A stretch of DNA of 64,000 bases, taken from the NCBI GenBank assembly GCA_017561865.1, contig JAFZBH010000005.1, positions 28,302 to 92,301 of the forward strand, given 5' to 3'. The notes under the pieces were generated by a model. The model saw only the letters and a program-made list of their open reading frames with translations, was not told the DNA's origin and ran no database searches. Shown here in pieces: positions 31,250-40,670 of the stretch; positions within the stretch are counted from its first letter, which is position 1, and each line of letters starts with the position of its first letter. Source of the stretch: Bacteroidales bacterium (GTDB lineage: Bacteria > Bacteroidota > Bacteroidia > Bacteroidales > UBA932). A program made the position numbers and the translations under genes.

Positions 31250-33049
31250 ATGAGAAACAAGATCCGAAGCCTCCTCCCCCTGGTCATAGCGGTCTGCGCC
31301 TGCCTGCTGCCGCTGTTCGCCCCCTCCTGCGCCAACACGACGCAGGCCCCCTCGGGCGGCAAGAAGGATACCATTCCCCCGCTGATCATCGACATCAAGC
31401 CCTTGCCGGGTGCCGTCGGCGTGCCGCTGCAGGGAGCGCGTCTCATCTTCACGTTCAATGAATACGTGACCATCAAGCAGGCGCAGAACATCTTCCTGTC
31501 GCCGCCCCAGCAGCGTCAGCCCAAATCCCGGCTTCGCGGGCGCAACCTGATCGTCTCGTTCGAGGAGCCGCTCGAGCCCAACACCACCTACACGCTGAGC
31601 TTCACCGACGCCATCGCGGACGCCAACGAGGGAAATATGTTCCCGGGCTACACCTATGTCTTCTCCACCGGCGAGAGGATCGATTCGATGATGATCACGG
31701 GCACCGTGCGCGACTGCAACACCCTCGCCCCCGTCAAGGGCGCCACCGTGCTGCTGCACAAGGACCACGCGGATTCCGCCGTACTGCTGCACCGCCCCTA
31801 CGCCGCCACCAAGACCGACGACTGGGGCTTCTTCGTGCTGCCCTTCATCCAGGACACGCTTTACCGCCTTTACGCCGTCAAGGACGCCAACAACGACAAG
31901 ATCTACGACCCCGAGTCCGAGACCGTCGCCTTCATCGACTCGCTCGTCCGGCCGGTTCTCTTTGCCGCCGACACCGTCCCCGAGATGCTCAAGTACGATA
32001 TGCTGGACACCGTCCGCTGCCTCGCGCGCCGCAGTGAGCACGAACTCAAACTTTTCCGCGAGAAGCCATCCAAGCAGTTCATCGTCAATAAGGTACGTAC
32101 AGCCGAGCGCTCCGCCTACCTGACTTTCCAGGCTCCCGGCGCCTGGATCGACTCGCTGTGGATCCGCGGCTACCGCGCCGACCAGGTCATCAGCCAGTTC
32201 AACATCCTGCAGGACAGCCTCGAGCTCTGGGTCAACAGCCGCCGGGCGGCGCCGGACACGATGAGCATCTGGGTCAACTACCGCAAGACCGACTCCCTGG
32301 GCCGGCTCGTTCCCACCCAGGAGATCGTCCGGCTGCCCCTGCCGGCCGACAAGCGCACCTACTCCAAGACCACGCGCCGCAACATCCGGCACGACGACAC
32401 GGTCTGCGTCTATACCTTCAAGACCTCGCCCGAGACCGTGGAGCAGAACGGGTTCGAACTGGAGTTCCGCAATCCGATCATCTACGAGCAGTTCGACTCC
32501 GTCCAGTTCTATTCCATCAACACCCGGCAGCGCCAGACGCGCGCCGAGTTCACCGTCGAGCAGGACAGCCTGAACCTGCGGCGCTACATCCTGCGTCCGA
32601 AAGACCCCCTGATGCCGGGCTTCGAGTATTCAATGAAACTGCCCTACAAGGCCTTCCGCGACATCAACGGCTTCTGGTCCGACAGCACCGTGGTCAAAGT
32701 CAGCCTTCCCAAGGACGAGACGCTCAGCACGCTGGAGCTGGACCTGGGCGGCGTGGACCGCAAGATCATCGTCGACCTGCTGGGCGAAAAGCGGGACAAG
32801 GTCCTGCGCAGCTATGTCACCGACCGGGACGGCACGCTCCGCTTCCCCTACCTCAAGGCCGGGAAATACAGCATCCGCATCACGGAAGACGGCAACCGCA
32901 ACTCCATCGTCGACACCGGTTCCCTGCTGGAGCACCGGCAGCCGGAGGCGGTCGTGTTCCTGGAAGTGGCGGGCGACACGTATATCAGAATCCCCTCCAG
33001 CGCCGAGCTCTCGCAGAGCGTCGACGTCGGCGCCCTGTTCAATCCGTAA
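31250..33049 (+). CDS. Ig-like (Big_5) domain lipoprotein
   Basis: SCAN..PSGGKKDTIPP, FNEYV, LEPNTTY..I.D.NEGN..VFSTG. Confidence 0.8.
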   Translation: MRNKIRSLLPLVIAVCACLLPLFAPSCANTTQAPSGGKKDTIPPLIIDIKPLPGAVGVPLQGARLIFTFNEYVTIKQAQNIFLSPPQQRQPKSRLRGRNLIVSFEEPLEPNTTYTLSFTDAIADANEGNMFPGYTYVFSTGERIDSMMITGTVRDCNTLAPVKGATVLLHKDHADSAVLLHRPYAATKTDDWGFFVLPFIQDTLYRLYAVKDANNDKIYDPESETVAFIDSLVRPVLFAADTVPEMLKYDMLDTVRCLARRSEHELKLFREKPSKQFIVNKVRTAERSAYLTFQAPGAWIDSLWIRGYRADQVISQFNILQDSLELWVNSRRAAPDTMSIWVNYRKTDSLGRLVPTQEIVRLPLPADKRTYSKTTRRNIRHDDTVCVYTFKTSPETVEQNGFELEFRNPIIYEQFDSVQFYSINTRQRQTRAEFTVEQDSLNLRRYILRPKDPLMPGFEYSMKLPYKAFRDINGFWSDSTVVKVSLPKDETLSTLELDLGGVDRKIIVDLLGEKRDKVLRSYVTDRDGTLRFPYLKAGKYSIRITEDGNRNSIVDTGSLLEHRQPEAVVFLEVAGDTYIRIPSSAELSQSVDVGALFNP

Positions 33050-33053
33050 CGCG

Positions 33054-33857
33054 ATGAGAAGAAAGATCCTGACCCTGCTGCTCCTGCTCTGCATCCCGGC
33101 CGCCTTCGGCGCCCGGGCACAGGCCGTGTTCGATGAGCCGGACGAAACCCAGACCCAGAAAACGGAGATGATCAACGACTACCTGCTGATCGGGGCCAGC
33201 TACGGGGTCACTTTCTCCAATATGTACTACGCACCCGCCAAGCACAACCGGGCCTGGCCGTTCATGCCGAACTATTTCTGCGTCACCGTCACGAAGTTCA
33301 GCAAGATGTTCGACAAGCTGCCCTATTTCGCCCTGGTGGTGGGCGCGGCGCACGGCTACGAAGGGTTTGCCTTCAAGCGCGACCCCCAGACAGGATATTC
33401 ACAGACGGTGGACAATGCCGAACAGGCCACGATCGAGGTCTTCGAGATCCCGGCCCTGGCTCAGATCCACGTGGACTTCTACCCCGGCAAGCTGCTGGCC
33501 AACGTGGGCGTCTACGGAGGCTGGCGCAACAGCATTTCCCGCTCGGGGCCCAACCTGGAGCCCGAGTTCGAGAACGCGTTCCGGCCCTATGAGAACCGCT
33601 GGGACTACGGCCTGCAGGGCGGCGGCGGCTTCGGCCTGATGTTCGACCCCGTCGAGATCCATTTCAACGCCACGATCCGCTGGTCCTGGTCCTCGCTCTA
33701 CCAGCCGGACTATGCCAGCCAATACTACTATCGCTACGCCTATCCGATCGACATCATCGCCACCGTGGGCGTGCATTTCCAGCTGACCAAGCGCTCCGGC
33801 AAGACCACCTCCCAGCTGCGCCGGGAAGCCAAGGACATCGTATATGGCACGCATTGA
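33054..33857 (+). CDS. Outer-membrane beta-barrel (porin/PorT-like) protein
   Basis: Signal peptide, EIPALAQ, WDYGLQGGGG, amphipathic strands. Confidence 0.65.
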   Translation: MRRKILTLLLLLCIPAAFGARAQAVFDEPDETQTQKTEMINDYLLIGASYGVTFSNMYYAPAKHNRAWPFMPNYFCVTVTKFSKMFDKLPYFALVVGAAHGYEGFAFKRDPQTGYSQTVDNAEQATIEVFEIPALAQIHVDFYPGKLLANVGVYGGWRNSISRSGPNLEPEFENAFRPYENRWDYGLQGGGGFGLMFDPVEIHFNATIRWSWSSLYQPDYASQYYYRYAYPIDIIATVGVHFQLTKRSGKTTSQLRREAKDIVYGTH

Positions 33858-35283
33858 GACCCTTCCCGTCCGGGTCGGTGAGTCGCTCGTGATCGGCGCC
33901 GGACATCCCATCGTCGTCCAGACGATGTGCAACACGCATACTTCCGATGTCGAAGCCACCGTAGCCCAGGTCCTGGAGCTTGCCGCGGCGGGGGCGCAGA
34001 TGGTCCGCATCACCGTGCCGGGCCGGCAAGACGTCCCGCACGTGGCGGCCATCCGGGAACGGCTGCACGCAGCGGGCTGCCGGGTGCCGCTGGTGGCGGA
34101 CATCCATTTCTCGTCCGAGACAGCCATCGCGGTGGCCCCTTACGTGGAAAAGGTCCGCATCAATCCCGGCAATTTCCACCCCGACCACGACCAGGCACGC
34201 GCGCAATTCGCCCGCTTCCTGGAGGTCTGCCGCGAACACGGCACCGCCGTGCGCGTGGGGCTCAACCACGGTTCGCTGGGCCGCTACATCACCGACCGCT
34301 ACGGCAACACCCCGCACGCGATGGCGATGGCGGCGATGGAGTGGCTGGAGATGTGCATCAAGGCGGATTTCCTCAACGTGGTGGTCTCGTTGAAGGCGAG
34401 CAACACGGTGGTGATGACCGAGGCCTACCGCGAGCTGGTCCGGCGGATGCAGGAGCGGGGTGTGGTGTTTCCCCTGCACCTCGGCGTGACCGAAGCCGGG
34501 GGCGGCGACAGCGGGCGCATCAAGTCCTGCGTGGGAATCGCGACATTGCTTCAGGAGGGCATCGGAGACACGATCCGCGTCTCTTTAACAGAGCCCCCTG
34601 TCAACGAGATCCCTGTAGCACAATACCTTGCCCGCTACGGCGCCGGCGAACGGAGTCTTCCAGACGGGCGGCCGGAAATTATTTTTCGGACAGGTTTGCC
34701 GAAAAACCAATTTCCGCTCCGCTGTCCGTCGCCGGCGCCTGCTTTGAGCGAAGCAAAGTCCGCATCAGCGGACCGGCCCGGTCCCGGGACTTTGCCAACG
34801 GCAAAGTCGGAAAGGGACTTGAGGGCCGCAAGGGGTTCGGGGGATATGCCCCCGTTTGAGCAGATGCTGGCAGCAGCCAGCATCTGGGGACCGAAGCTAT
34901 TGAAGCGGGAGATCGATGAGATTCCGGCGGAGGCGGGGCTGTCGGAGTACCTGCGGGACGAGATCATGCAGGCGGCCCGGCGCCGTTTCTACAAGCCCGA
35001 GTATATCGCCTGCCCCGGCTGCGGCCGCACGATGTACGACCTCCAGGCCACCTTCGAGGAGGTCCAGCGCCGCACCGCACACCTCAAGGGCCTGGTCATC
35101 GCCGTGATGGGCTGCATCGTCAACGGCCCCGGCGAGATGGCCGACGCCGACTGGGGCTATGTGGGAGAAGGCGGCGGACGCGTCACCATTTACCGCCGCA
35201 GCGAACCCGTCCTGCGGCACATCCCCGATTCCGAAGCCATCAACCGGCTGCTGGAGCTGATCGACAAAGAAAAGCAGGACTAA
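33844..35283 (+). CDS. ispG: 4-hydroxy-3-methylbut-2-en-1-yl diphosphate synthase
   Basis: VQTMCNT, PLVADIHF, RINPGN, HLGVTEAG, GDTIRVSL, CPGCGR, VMGCIVNGPGE. Confidence 0.96.
   Translation: MARIETLPVRVGESLVIGAGHPIVVQTMCNTHTSDVEATVAQVLELAAAGAQMVRITVPGRQDVPHVAAIRERLHAAGCRVPLVADIHFSSETAIAVAPYVEKVRINPGNFHPDHDQARAQFARFLEVCREHGTAVRVGLNHGSLGRYITDRYGNTPHAMAMAAMEWLEMCIKADFLNVVVSLKASNTVVMTEAYRELVRRMQERGVVFPLHLGVTEAGGGDSGRIKSCVGIATLLQEGIGDTIRVSLTEPPVNEIPVAQYLARYGAGERSLPDGRPEIIFRTGLPKNQFPLRCPSPAPALSEAKSASADRPGPGTLPTAKSERDLRAARGSGDMPPFEQMLAAASIWGPKLLKREIDEIPAEAGLSEYLRDEIMQAARRRFYKPEYIACPGCGRTMYDLQATFEEVQRRTAHLKGLVIAVMGCIVNGPGEMADADWGYVGEGGGRVTIYRRSEPVLRHIPDSEAINRLLELIDKEKQD
34639..34857. repeat. Palindrome-rich segment in frame inside ispG
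   Basis: 11-bp IR GGCGCCGGCGA/TCGCCGGCGCC (34639-34739) with an inner stem; GACTTTGCC-aac-GGCAAAGTC (34788-34808); CGGGGG..CCCCCG; codon bias breaks here. Confidence 0.65.
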
Positions 35284-37673
35284 ATATCCTTTTCCTGATA
35301 CGTGAACTGGGTCTGACCGATCTGGAAGCGTGAGCCGTGATACAGGCTGACCGGCTTGTCCACCTTCAGCGGCTTGCCGCCCACCGTCACGCCGTCCTCC
35401 AGCGCCACCAGACGCGGGACGCCCTTCTTCATCGTAATCTCGGCGTGAACCGGCGCCACCGCCCCCTGCAGGTCCCAGGTCAGCTGAAGCGAGCAGTCCA
35501 CGGACTTGCCGATGGAAACGACGGCGCCCGGGTTGGCCCGGAACCACTTGTACAGGGCGATGTCCATCGTCTTCACAGGCCCCTGCACTTGCAGGAAATA
35601 ATGCTCGGACTTGGGCGCGGCACGGGCAATCGACAAGACCATTCCGATCGCATAGATCATATAGCTGAAGAGCAGCAGGACCCGGAAATCGATCCCGATG
35701 TACATATAAAGGTATGACCACAGGTACATCGAGACCAAAGACACGCCCACCGCGACCAGGATGATCGACTTTTTCAGTTTCACGCGGGTGCCGTAAGTCG
35801 CCACGATCGCGATGAGGAAGCTGGACAGCGTCCACGGGATCAGATTGATGATGAATCCCGCCTCTTCGACGTGGAACGCCAGGCCGGCGGCGCTGGTCAC
35901 CAGATAAAGGAACCAGGAACCTGCCGCGGCGATCAGGGCCCGGACGAAGAAGTTGAGATAACTCAGCGGGTGCTTCTTCCGAATGGACAGGAAGGCGATG
36001 CCGAAGGTCAGGAAGAAACCGATCATGAAACCGTAGCTGGGAAGCTGGTTCAGGTGAGCGCTGTTGTTCCCGTCGGAGAAGAGTTCGGCAGGCAAGAGAT
36101 ATTCCAGTATATGCCTGGAGGTGAAATGCGTCCACACCGAGTAGACCACCCAGGCGCAGATGGAAGCGATCACTGCCATCAGCAGCCACTTCATATAGAA
36201 GGTCGCATTGCGCCTGTCGAACAGGTTCTGCCTGTCATAGAAATGTGAACCGGTCTTGCAGTGACGGCCATATTCAGGGCAATGATATTCGTTCTCGTCC
36301 CAGCACGACTTGTGCATCGTGTGTTCGCACTTCACGACCACTTTGTCCCCCTTGACGAACGGCGCCTTGCACAGGTAGCAGGACTCCCCGACCTCGATCC
36401 CCTCGACCACCATCTTGGAACCGGTATAGTCGATGACGTATTTGTGTTCGAACCATCTGTAGCGCAGATACGGGATCAGCAGTTGGCAGACCAGGTAGAT
36501 GGCCAGCAACAGCAGCAGACCGAGAATGATACCCTGCAGGATGATCGCATATAGCCGCACACCGTGGACGATGATCGGCCGGTAGAGCGTCCCCTCGTTG
36601 ATATGCGCCGTGGCGGAAGCGACCAGGTGATTGTCCTTGACGCTGTAGAAGAGGATCCTCAGCTGGTTGTTGTCGCCCCGGTAGATCTTGCCGTCGGGAT
36701 TGACGAAATCGAAACGGTTGGAAGCGATGTCCCGGCTGTATGAGCCCAGCATCGTATTCTCGAGCAGGGTCCAGCTGAAGCTTGGCAGGCTGGCGCCGCC
36801 CGTGCTCTCACACAGGGAAGTCAGCACGTTCGCTGCGTCAGTGTCCTCTCCCCGCTCGGCACCCCTGCCGAAGTTGACATAATAGACGTTCACGATTCCG
36901 TCGTCCAGGGCCTGGGAATGCAACATCTCGTTCGCCATCTCGAAATGGTCGGGATCCAGGGGCTGGTCGTTTTCGTCATACACCTTTCCGTCGGAGAATA
37001 TGACCAGCTTGCGTTGCGTGGCATCATCCCAGGGCTCGCCTCCCCGGGCGACCTCCCGGATCTTCGAAAGGATGGAGCGGTATAGGCGCTTGGAGCCTTC
37101 CGCACTCTTGAAATACTGGTTCAGGACATAATCGGTGGCTACCATAGTCGACGTGACCGACGCTCCTGACATAAAAGAAACGAAGAGATTGTCCTGGTTG
37201 AACACGGTCATCATCTCCTGCACGGCATCCCGCTCCGCATCCACCAGCACCTGCGGCAGCGACAGGTCCACGAGCACGAGGATCTTGACACCCAGTTCCT
37301 TGACCTGGTCACTCTCGGTATTCCAGGCTTTCACCAGCTGCGGCTGCACGCGGCGGGAAGTCCTGACACCGTCGTCATACTCCTCCACCTCGATCCGGAC
37401 GACGGTCGAGTCCGTCAGCGGATAGGGACCGATGTCACTGACCACTCCCGTCCAGACGGAGAAAGTCTTGTAGTCCGGCGAGAAGTCGACTTTGTTGACC
37501 ACCAGTTTATCCTGCCTGCCCGTATCCGCGGTCTTGATGCCCGGCATCCCCGAAGTCTCGAAGAGGCTCGTGGGATCGTCGACCCCCAGCCGGGACAGCA
37601 GCCCCGACTGGCACGCCGTCAGGCAGCACGCAGCCGCCAGGGGCAAGAGGAATCTGTACATCTTCTTTGTCAT
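35280..37673 (-). CDS. Membrane lipoprotein: vWA-like domain, TM, RING-H2/Prok-RING-like zinc finger, about 6 TMs, FHA-like domain (candidate membrane E3 ligase)
   Basis: Lipobox CLTAC; ILVLVDLS and LVIFSDG (vWA); CYLC-x13-CEHTMHKSCW-x6-CP-x5-C; C-terminal SIGKSVDC..VHAEI..LYHGSRFQIG. Confidence 0.75.
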   Translation of the reverse strand: MTKKMYRFLLPLAAACCLTACQSGLLSRLGVDDPTSLFETSGMPGIKTADTGRQDKLVVNKVDFSPDYKTFSVWTGVVSDIGPYPLTDSTVVRIEVEEYDDGVRTSRRVQPQLVKAWNTESDQVKELGVKILVLVDLSLPQVLVDAERDAVQEMMTVFNQDNLFVSFMSGASVTSTMVATDYVLNQYFKSAEGSKRLYRSILSKIREVARGGEPWDDATQRKLVIFSDGKVYDENDQPLDPDHFEMANEMLHSQALDDGIVNVYYVNFGRGAERGEDTDAANVLTSLCESTGGASLPSFSWTLLENTMLGSYSRDIASNRFDFVNPDGKIYRGDNNQLRILFYSVKDNHLVASATAHINEGTLYRPIIVHGVRLYAIILQGIILGLLLLLAIYLVCQLLIPYLRYRWFEHKYVIDYTGSKMVVEGIEVGESCYLCKAPFVKGDKVVVKCEHTMHKSCWDENEYHCPEYGRHCKTGSHFYDRQNLFDRRNATFYMKWLLMAVIASICAWVVYSVWTHFTSRHILEYLLPAELFSDGNNSAHLNQLPSYGFMIGFFLTFGIAFLSIRKKHPLSYLNFFVRALIAAAGSWFLYLVTSAAGLAFHVEEAGFIINLIPWTLSSFLIAIVATYGTRVKLKKSIILVAVGVSLVSMYLWSYLYMYIGIDFRVLLLFSYMIYAIGMVLSIARAAPKSEHYFLQVQGPVKTMDIALYKWFRANPGAVVSIGKSVDCSLQLTWDLQGAVAPVHAEITMKKGVPRLVALEDGVTVGGKPLKVDKPVSLYHGSRFQIGQTQFTYQEKDI

Positions 37674-37688
37674 CTCCGTTCTATGGTT

Positions 37689-38576
37689 TTATATGGTCGG
37701 ATAGTCATCCTTTCCATTCTGTTTCAGTGCGTCCTTGTATTTCTTCATATTCTGGCGCATCTCCCTGGCCGCCTTGATCTTAGCGTGCACCATATTGACG
37801 AACATCAGCAGGACCGCTACGGCCGCCAGGCCCAGCAGGTAGTCCTTGATCCGCTGGATGAGCGGCTTGTAGGTCATCGCCTGGATGGTCTCCGACTTGT
37901 TCTTCAGGATGGCGTAGGCGTCCTCCAGTTCATCCATATGGCGGGCCGAGACCACGTGAAGTTGCTCGGCTTCCCGGGCTTTCTCGAACTTCTCCTCCAC
38001 GGTGGCGAAGATCAGCTGCTCCTTCATCTTCTGCTTCTCCAGGAGCGGCGCCGTCCTGGGAGTCAACGACATCTCGAACGCCTTCTTGCCCAGGTTGTTG
38101 TATGTGCTGTCCAGGCTCTCCATATAGGTTTTCGCCTCGGAGAAGGCCCGCAGGGCCTGGAGCATCTGCTTGCGCACCTCGAGCGAATCCGCGGCTTCCT
38201 GCCGCATCATCTCGAAGTGTTCCACGCTGTCCATCAGGTCCTCATCCTGGGAGATCTCCCACTGCACGGTCGGATAGTAGTTGTCCCAGCGGACATTGAG
38301 CGAGCGAAGGTTCAGCTCCAGCGAGCGCAGACGGTTGTCGATCATCCGCAGGTAGCCGTCGGTAAGCTGGACGTCGTTCGATACCGGTAGCCGCGCCTTG
38401 CAGGAATCGTAGATCCGGCCCATTCCGTCCAGGAACTGGTTCAGCCGGCCTTGCACCGCCAGCCAGGTGGCCTCGTCGAGCGCAGGCTGGTTCCCCGCCT
38501 GCGCCCGGGCACAGACTCCCCCCTGGAGCATCGAGAGCCCCAGAACCAGGAGATATGTGACGAGCCTCCGGCGCAT
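37689..38576 (-). CDS. Exported helical/coiled-coil protein with C-terminal TM anchor
   Basis: Signal peptide MRRRLVTYLLVLG.., helical body, TM YLLGLAAVAVLLMFVNMV, basic tail ending YPTI. Confidence 0.7.
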   Translation of the reverse strand: MRRRLVTYLLVLGLSMLQGGVCARAQAGNQPALDEATWLAVQGRLNQFLDGMGRIYDSCKARLPVSNDVQLTDGYLRMIDNRLRSLELNLRSLNVRWDNYYPTVQWEISQDEDLMDSVEHFEMMRQEAADSLEVRKQMLQALRAFSEAKTYMESLDSTYNNLGKKAFEMSLTPRTAPLLEKQKMKEQLIFATVEEKFEKAREAEQLHVVSARHMDELEDAYAILKNKSETIQAMTYKPLIQRIKDYLLGLAAVAVLLMFVNMVHAKIKAAREMRQNMKKYKDALKQNGKDDYPTI

Positions 38577-38589
38577 GCTTAAATGAATC

Positions 38590-39741
38590 TTATTGTCCGC
38601 AAGTCTTCCTGAAATACCGTTCCGCCTGTCGGAACACCCTGACGGCCTGCTGGTCCTCGGCCGTCTTGGGTTTCTGGCGCGTGAGCACATCGTTCACGTC
38701 CTTGATGATGTCCAGGCATTGCATCACCAGGTCCCGGCGTTCCAGGTCGTCCTTGCTCACCAGCCAGCGGGCCACGGCCTTGTCGATCTGACGGGCCTGC
38801 GAGTAGATCATCTTGGTGTCCAGGTCCCGGCCCGCATCCAGAAAGCCCTCCCCCTCGGCGCGCACCTTGACGCTCATCACGCCGATGGAATCCACATACT
38901 GGTTATACTGGTCCGTCAGACGCTGCAGATCCGGGCAGTCCGATGTGAGCTTCCTCACGGGGAACTGCGTCAGCAGCACCCGCCGGGTGTCGCCGAAGAT
39001 CTTAAGCCCCTCTTCGTTGGGCACCGTACCGCCGCCATAGGTCTTCTTGAATGCCGTAAAGGCCCCGCGGATCTCGTCCAGCAAGCCGCGGGCCGCAGCG
39101 ATTTCCTCCTCCTTGCCGAAACAGGGGTTGCGGCGGATCTCGATCTGGTATTTCGTGTTCAGGTCCCGGCCTTCCAGCAGTTCATATCCGTCGGGCTTGT
39201 TCCCTTTCCTTTCCAGCAGATACAGGTCGCGCAGGGTCACGGTGACGGTGTTGCGCTTCTGGAGGATGTCGAAACCCTGCTCGATATAGTCATTGACCAT
39301 CTTGTAATCCATCGGCACGGGCTGCAGGCCTTCGTATTCGATCCAGCGCTTGAACACATAGTTCCGGCGGGACTCCGGGAGCGTCTTTCTCAGCGAACGG
39401 GACAGTTTGAAGCGGCTGCCCGGCTCGGCCTCCGCCAGATACGGCAGGAGGTCCGGATGCAGACGGTGGCACTTGACCACCGACGAATAGCGTGTCGCTT
39501 CGCGGAAGACGAACAGGCTGCGATACGACAGCACGCTGACGGTCAGCGTGTTCTGCTGCTCGTCAAAGATGAACTTCACCATCACGTCCATATCCCGGCT
39601 GTCCTCTCCCAGGGAGATATGGTCCGTATAGGACGCGTCGTTGCTGACGGAAATCGTCTTGACGGTCTGCGCCGGGAGGGCGGCCGTCAGGCAGGATGCC
39701 AGCAGCAGGAGGACCAGTTTCTGTATGATAATCTTCTTCAT
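38590..39741 (-). CDS. Secreted hypothetical protein (beta-rich N-terminus, helical C-terminus)
   Basis: Signal peptide MKKIIIQKLVLLLLASCLTAALPA; tight operon spacing. Confidence 0.75.
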   Translation of the reverse strand: MKKIIIQKLVLLLLASCLTAALPAQTVKTISVSNDASYTDHISLGEDSRDMDVMVKFIFDEQQNTLTVSVLSYRSLFVFREATRYSSVVKCHRLHPDLLPYLAEAEPGSRFKLSRSLRKTLPESRRNYVFKRWIEYEGLQPVPMDYKMVNDYIEQGFDILQKRNTVTVTLRDLYLLERKGNKPDGYELLEGRDLNTKYQIEIRRNPCFGKEEEIAAARGLLDEIRGAFTAFKKTYGGGTVPNEEGLKIFGDTRRVLLTQFPVRKLTSDCPDLQRLTDQYNQYVDSIGVMSVKVRAEGEGFLDAGRDLDTKMIYSQARQIDKAVARWLVSKDDLERRDLVMQCLDIIKDVNDVLTRQKPKTAEDQQAVRVFRQAERYFRKTCGQ

Positions 39742-39746
39742 ATTCT

Positions 39747-40334
39747 TCAGCCTTGTTCAAAAAAAATCCACTCCCGGGGCTCTCCCTGCCGGATCACCCA
39801 GGCCGCCACCTGCAGGTCCTCGGGATAAGGAGGCTCCGAGACGGCGTGATACAGATCGTATCTGAGATACTGCGCGATCCTGTCCACGCCCCAGGCGAGG
39901 TCCGTATAGGTGTCGCCCATATTCAGGCACACCCGCCCTGCCATCGGTCCGAACCAGCGGATGTTCGGATGCCAGGGATGCGGAAGGGGACGTCCCTGAG
40001 CGTCGGCGGTCAGGAAACGGAACACCGGCGAGCCGTCCACGCAAGGGTAATTGGCCGGCAGCTCGATTTCCATCCGGAAGGCGTCGGCGAACAGCGGCGG
40101 ATTCTCCACGCCGCGCTCCCCCATCCGTTCCACCTGCTCCACGCCGCAGATGCTGCGCAGGCGGTACTCCACCCGGTAACGGACGGGCAGGCCGGCGGCG
40201 TTGCAGGCGGCCACCTGCACGTCGATGTCCGGTCGGGCGCCGAATCTGTCCTCCAGCGTCCGCCATTCGTGGAGCAGGCGGCGGTTCCGCCCGCTCAGGG
40301 TTTCCGGTATGAAGTCCTGACTGCGCATCGTCAT
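39747..40334 (-). CDS. E2 ubiquitin-conjugating enzyme-like (UBC fold)
   Basis: RRLLHEW helix 1, FRMEIELPANYP, PVFRFLT, PWHPNI, GRVCLN (catalytic Cys codon at 39927-39929). Confidence 0.85.
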   Translation of the reverse strand: MTMRSQDFIPETLSGRNRRLLHEWRTLEDRFGARPDIDVQVAACNAAGLPVRYRVEYRLRSICGVEQVERMGERGVENPPLFADAFRMEIELPANYPCVDGSPVFRFLTADAQGRPLPHPWHPNIRWFGPMAGRVCLNMGDTYTDLAWGVDRIAQYLRYDLYHAVSEPPYPEDLQVAAWVIRQGEPREWIFFEQG

Positions 40335-40337
40335 CCA

Positions 40338-40655
40338 TTAACCCGGGAAGGGATCCGGAACGAGGAACAGCGTGTCCCCGTTGTGTACGTTATAATCCGC
40401 AAGCGTCTGGTCCGCTTTCCCGATGCGGGGACGCAGGACCCGCACTTCGTGCACGGCAGGGTCCTCCACCCCGAAGAAGTAATCCATCGGGGCCCCCGTC
40501 TCGTCGATGGACGGGAAGTCGAAGATCAGCCGGCCGTCGCTGCCGATCGCGTGGCGCAGGTTGGTCATCAGCTGGCTGAGGGGCGCCTCGGGATTCACGA
40601 CCTTGAAGCGGACCTTCTTGTTCTTGTAAACGATATCAAGGAAATAGTCTTCCAT
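40338..40655 (-). CDS. Ubiquitin-like (beta-grasp) protein with free C-terminal Gly (alternative TTG start at 40670)
   Basis: QTLADYNVHNGDTLFLVPDPFPG* parallels ubiquitin [23 protein letters not shown]; 3 nt from the E2 gene. Confidence 0.8.
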   Translation of the reverse strand: MEDYFLDIVYKNKKVRFKVVNPEAPLSQLMTNLRHAIGSDGRLIFDFPSIDETGAPMDYFFGVEDPAVHEVRVLRPRIGKADQTLADYNVHNGDTLFLVPDPFPG

Positions 40656-40670
40656 ATCTCTTCTGTTCAA

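Noticed and set aside
29024-32392. 1122-aa minus-strand ORF, and similar long ORFs at 153-1613, 1755-3617, 25818-27827, 56145-57317, 58643-60004 and 60247-61857
   Set aside because: These are antisense shadows of high-GC3 genes with clear motifs on the opposite strand; they show no domain signatures
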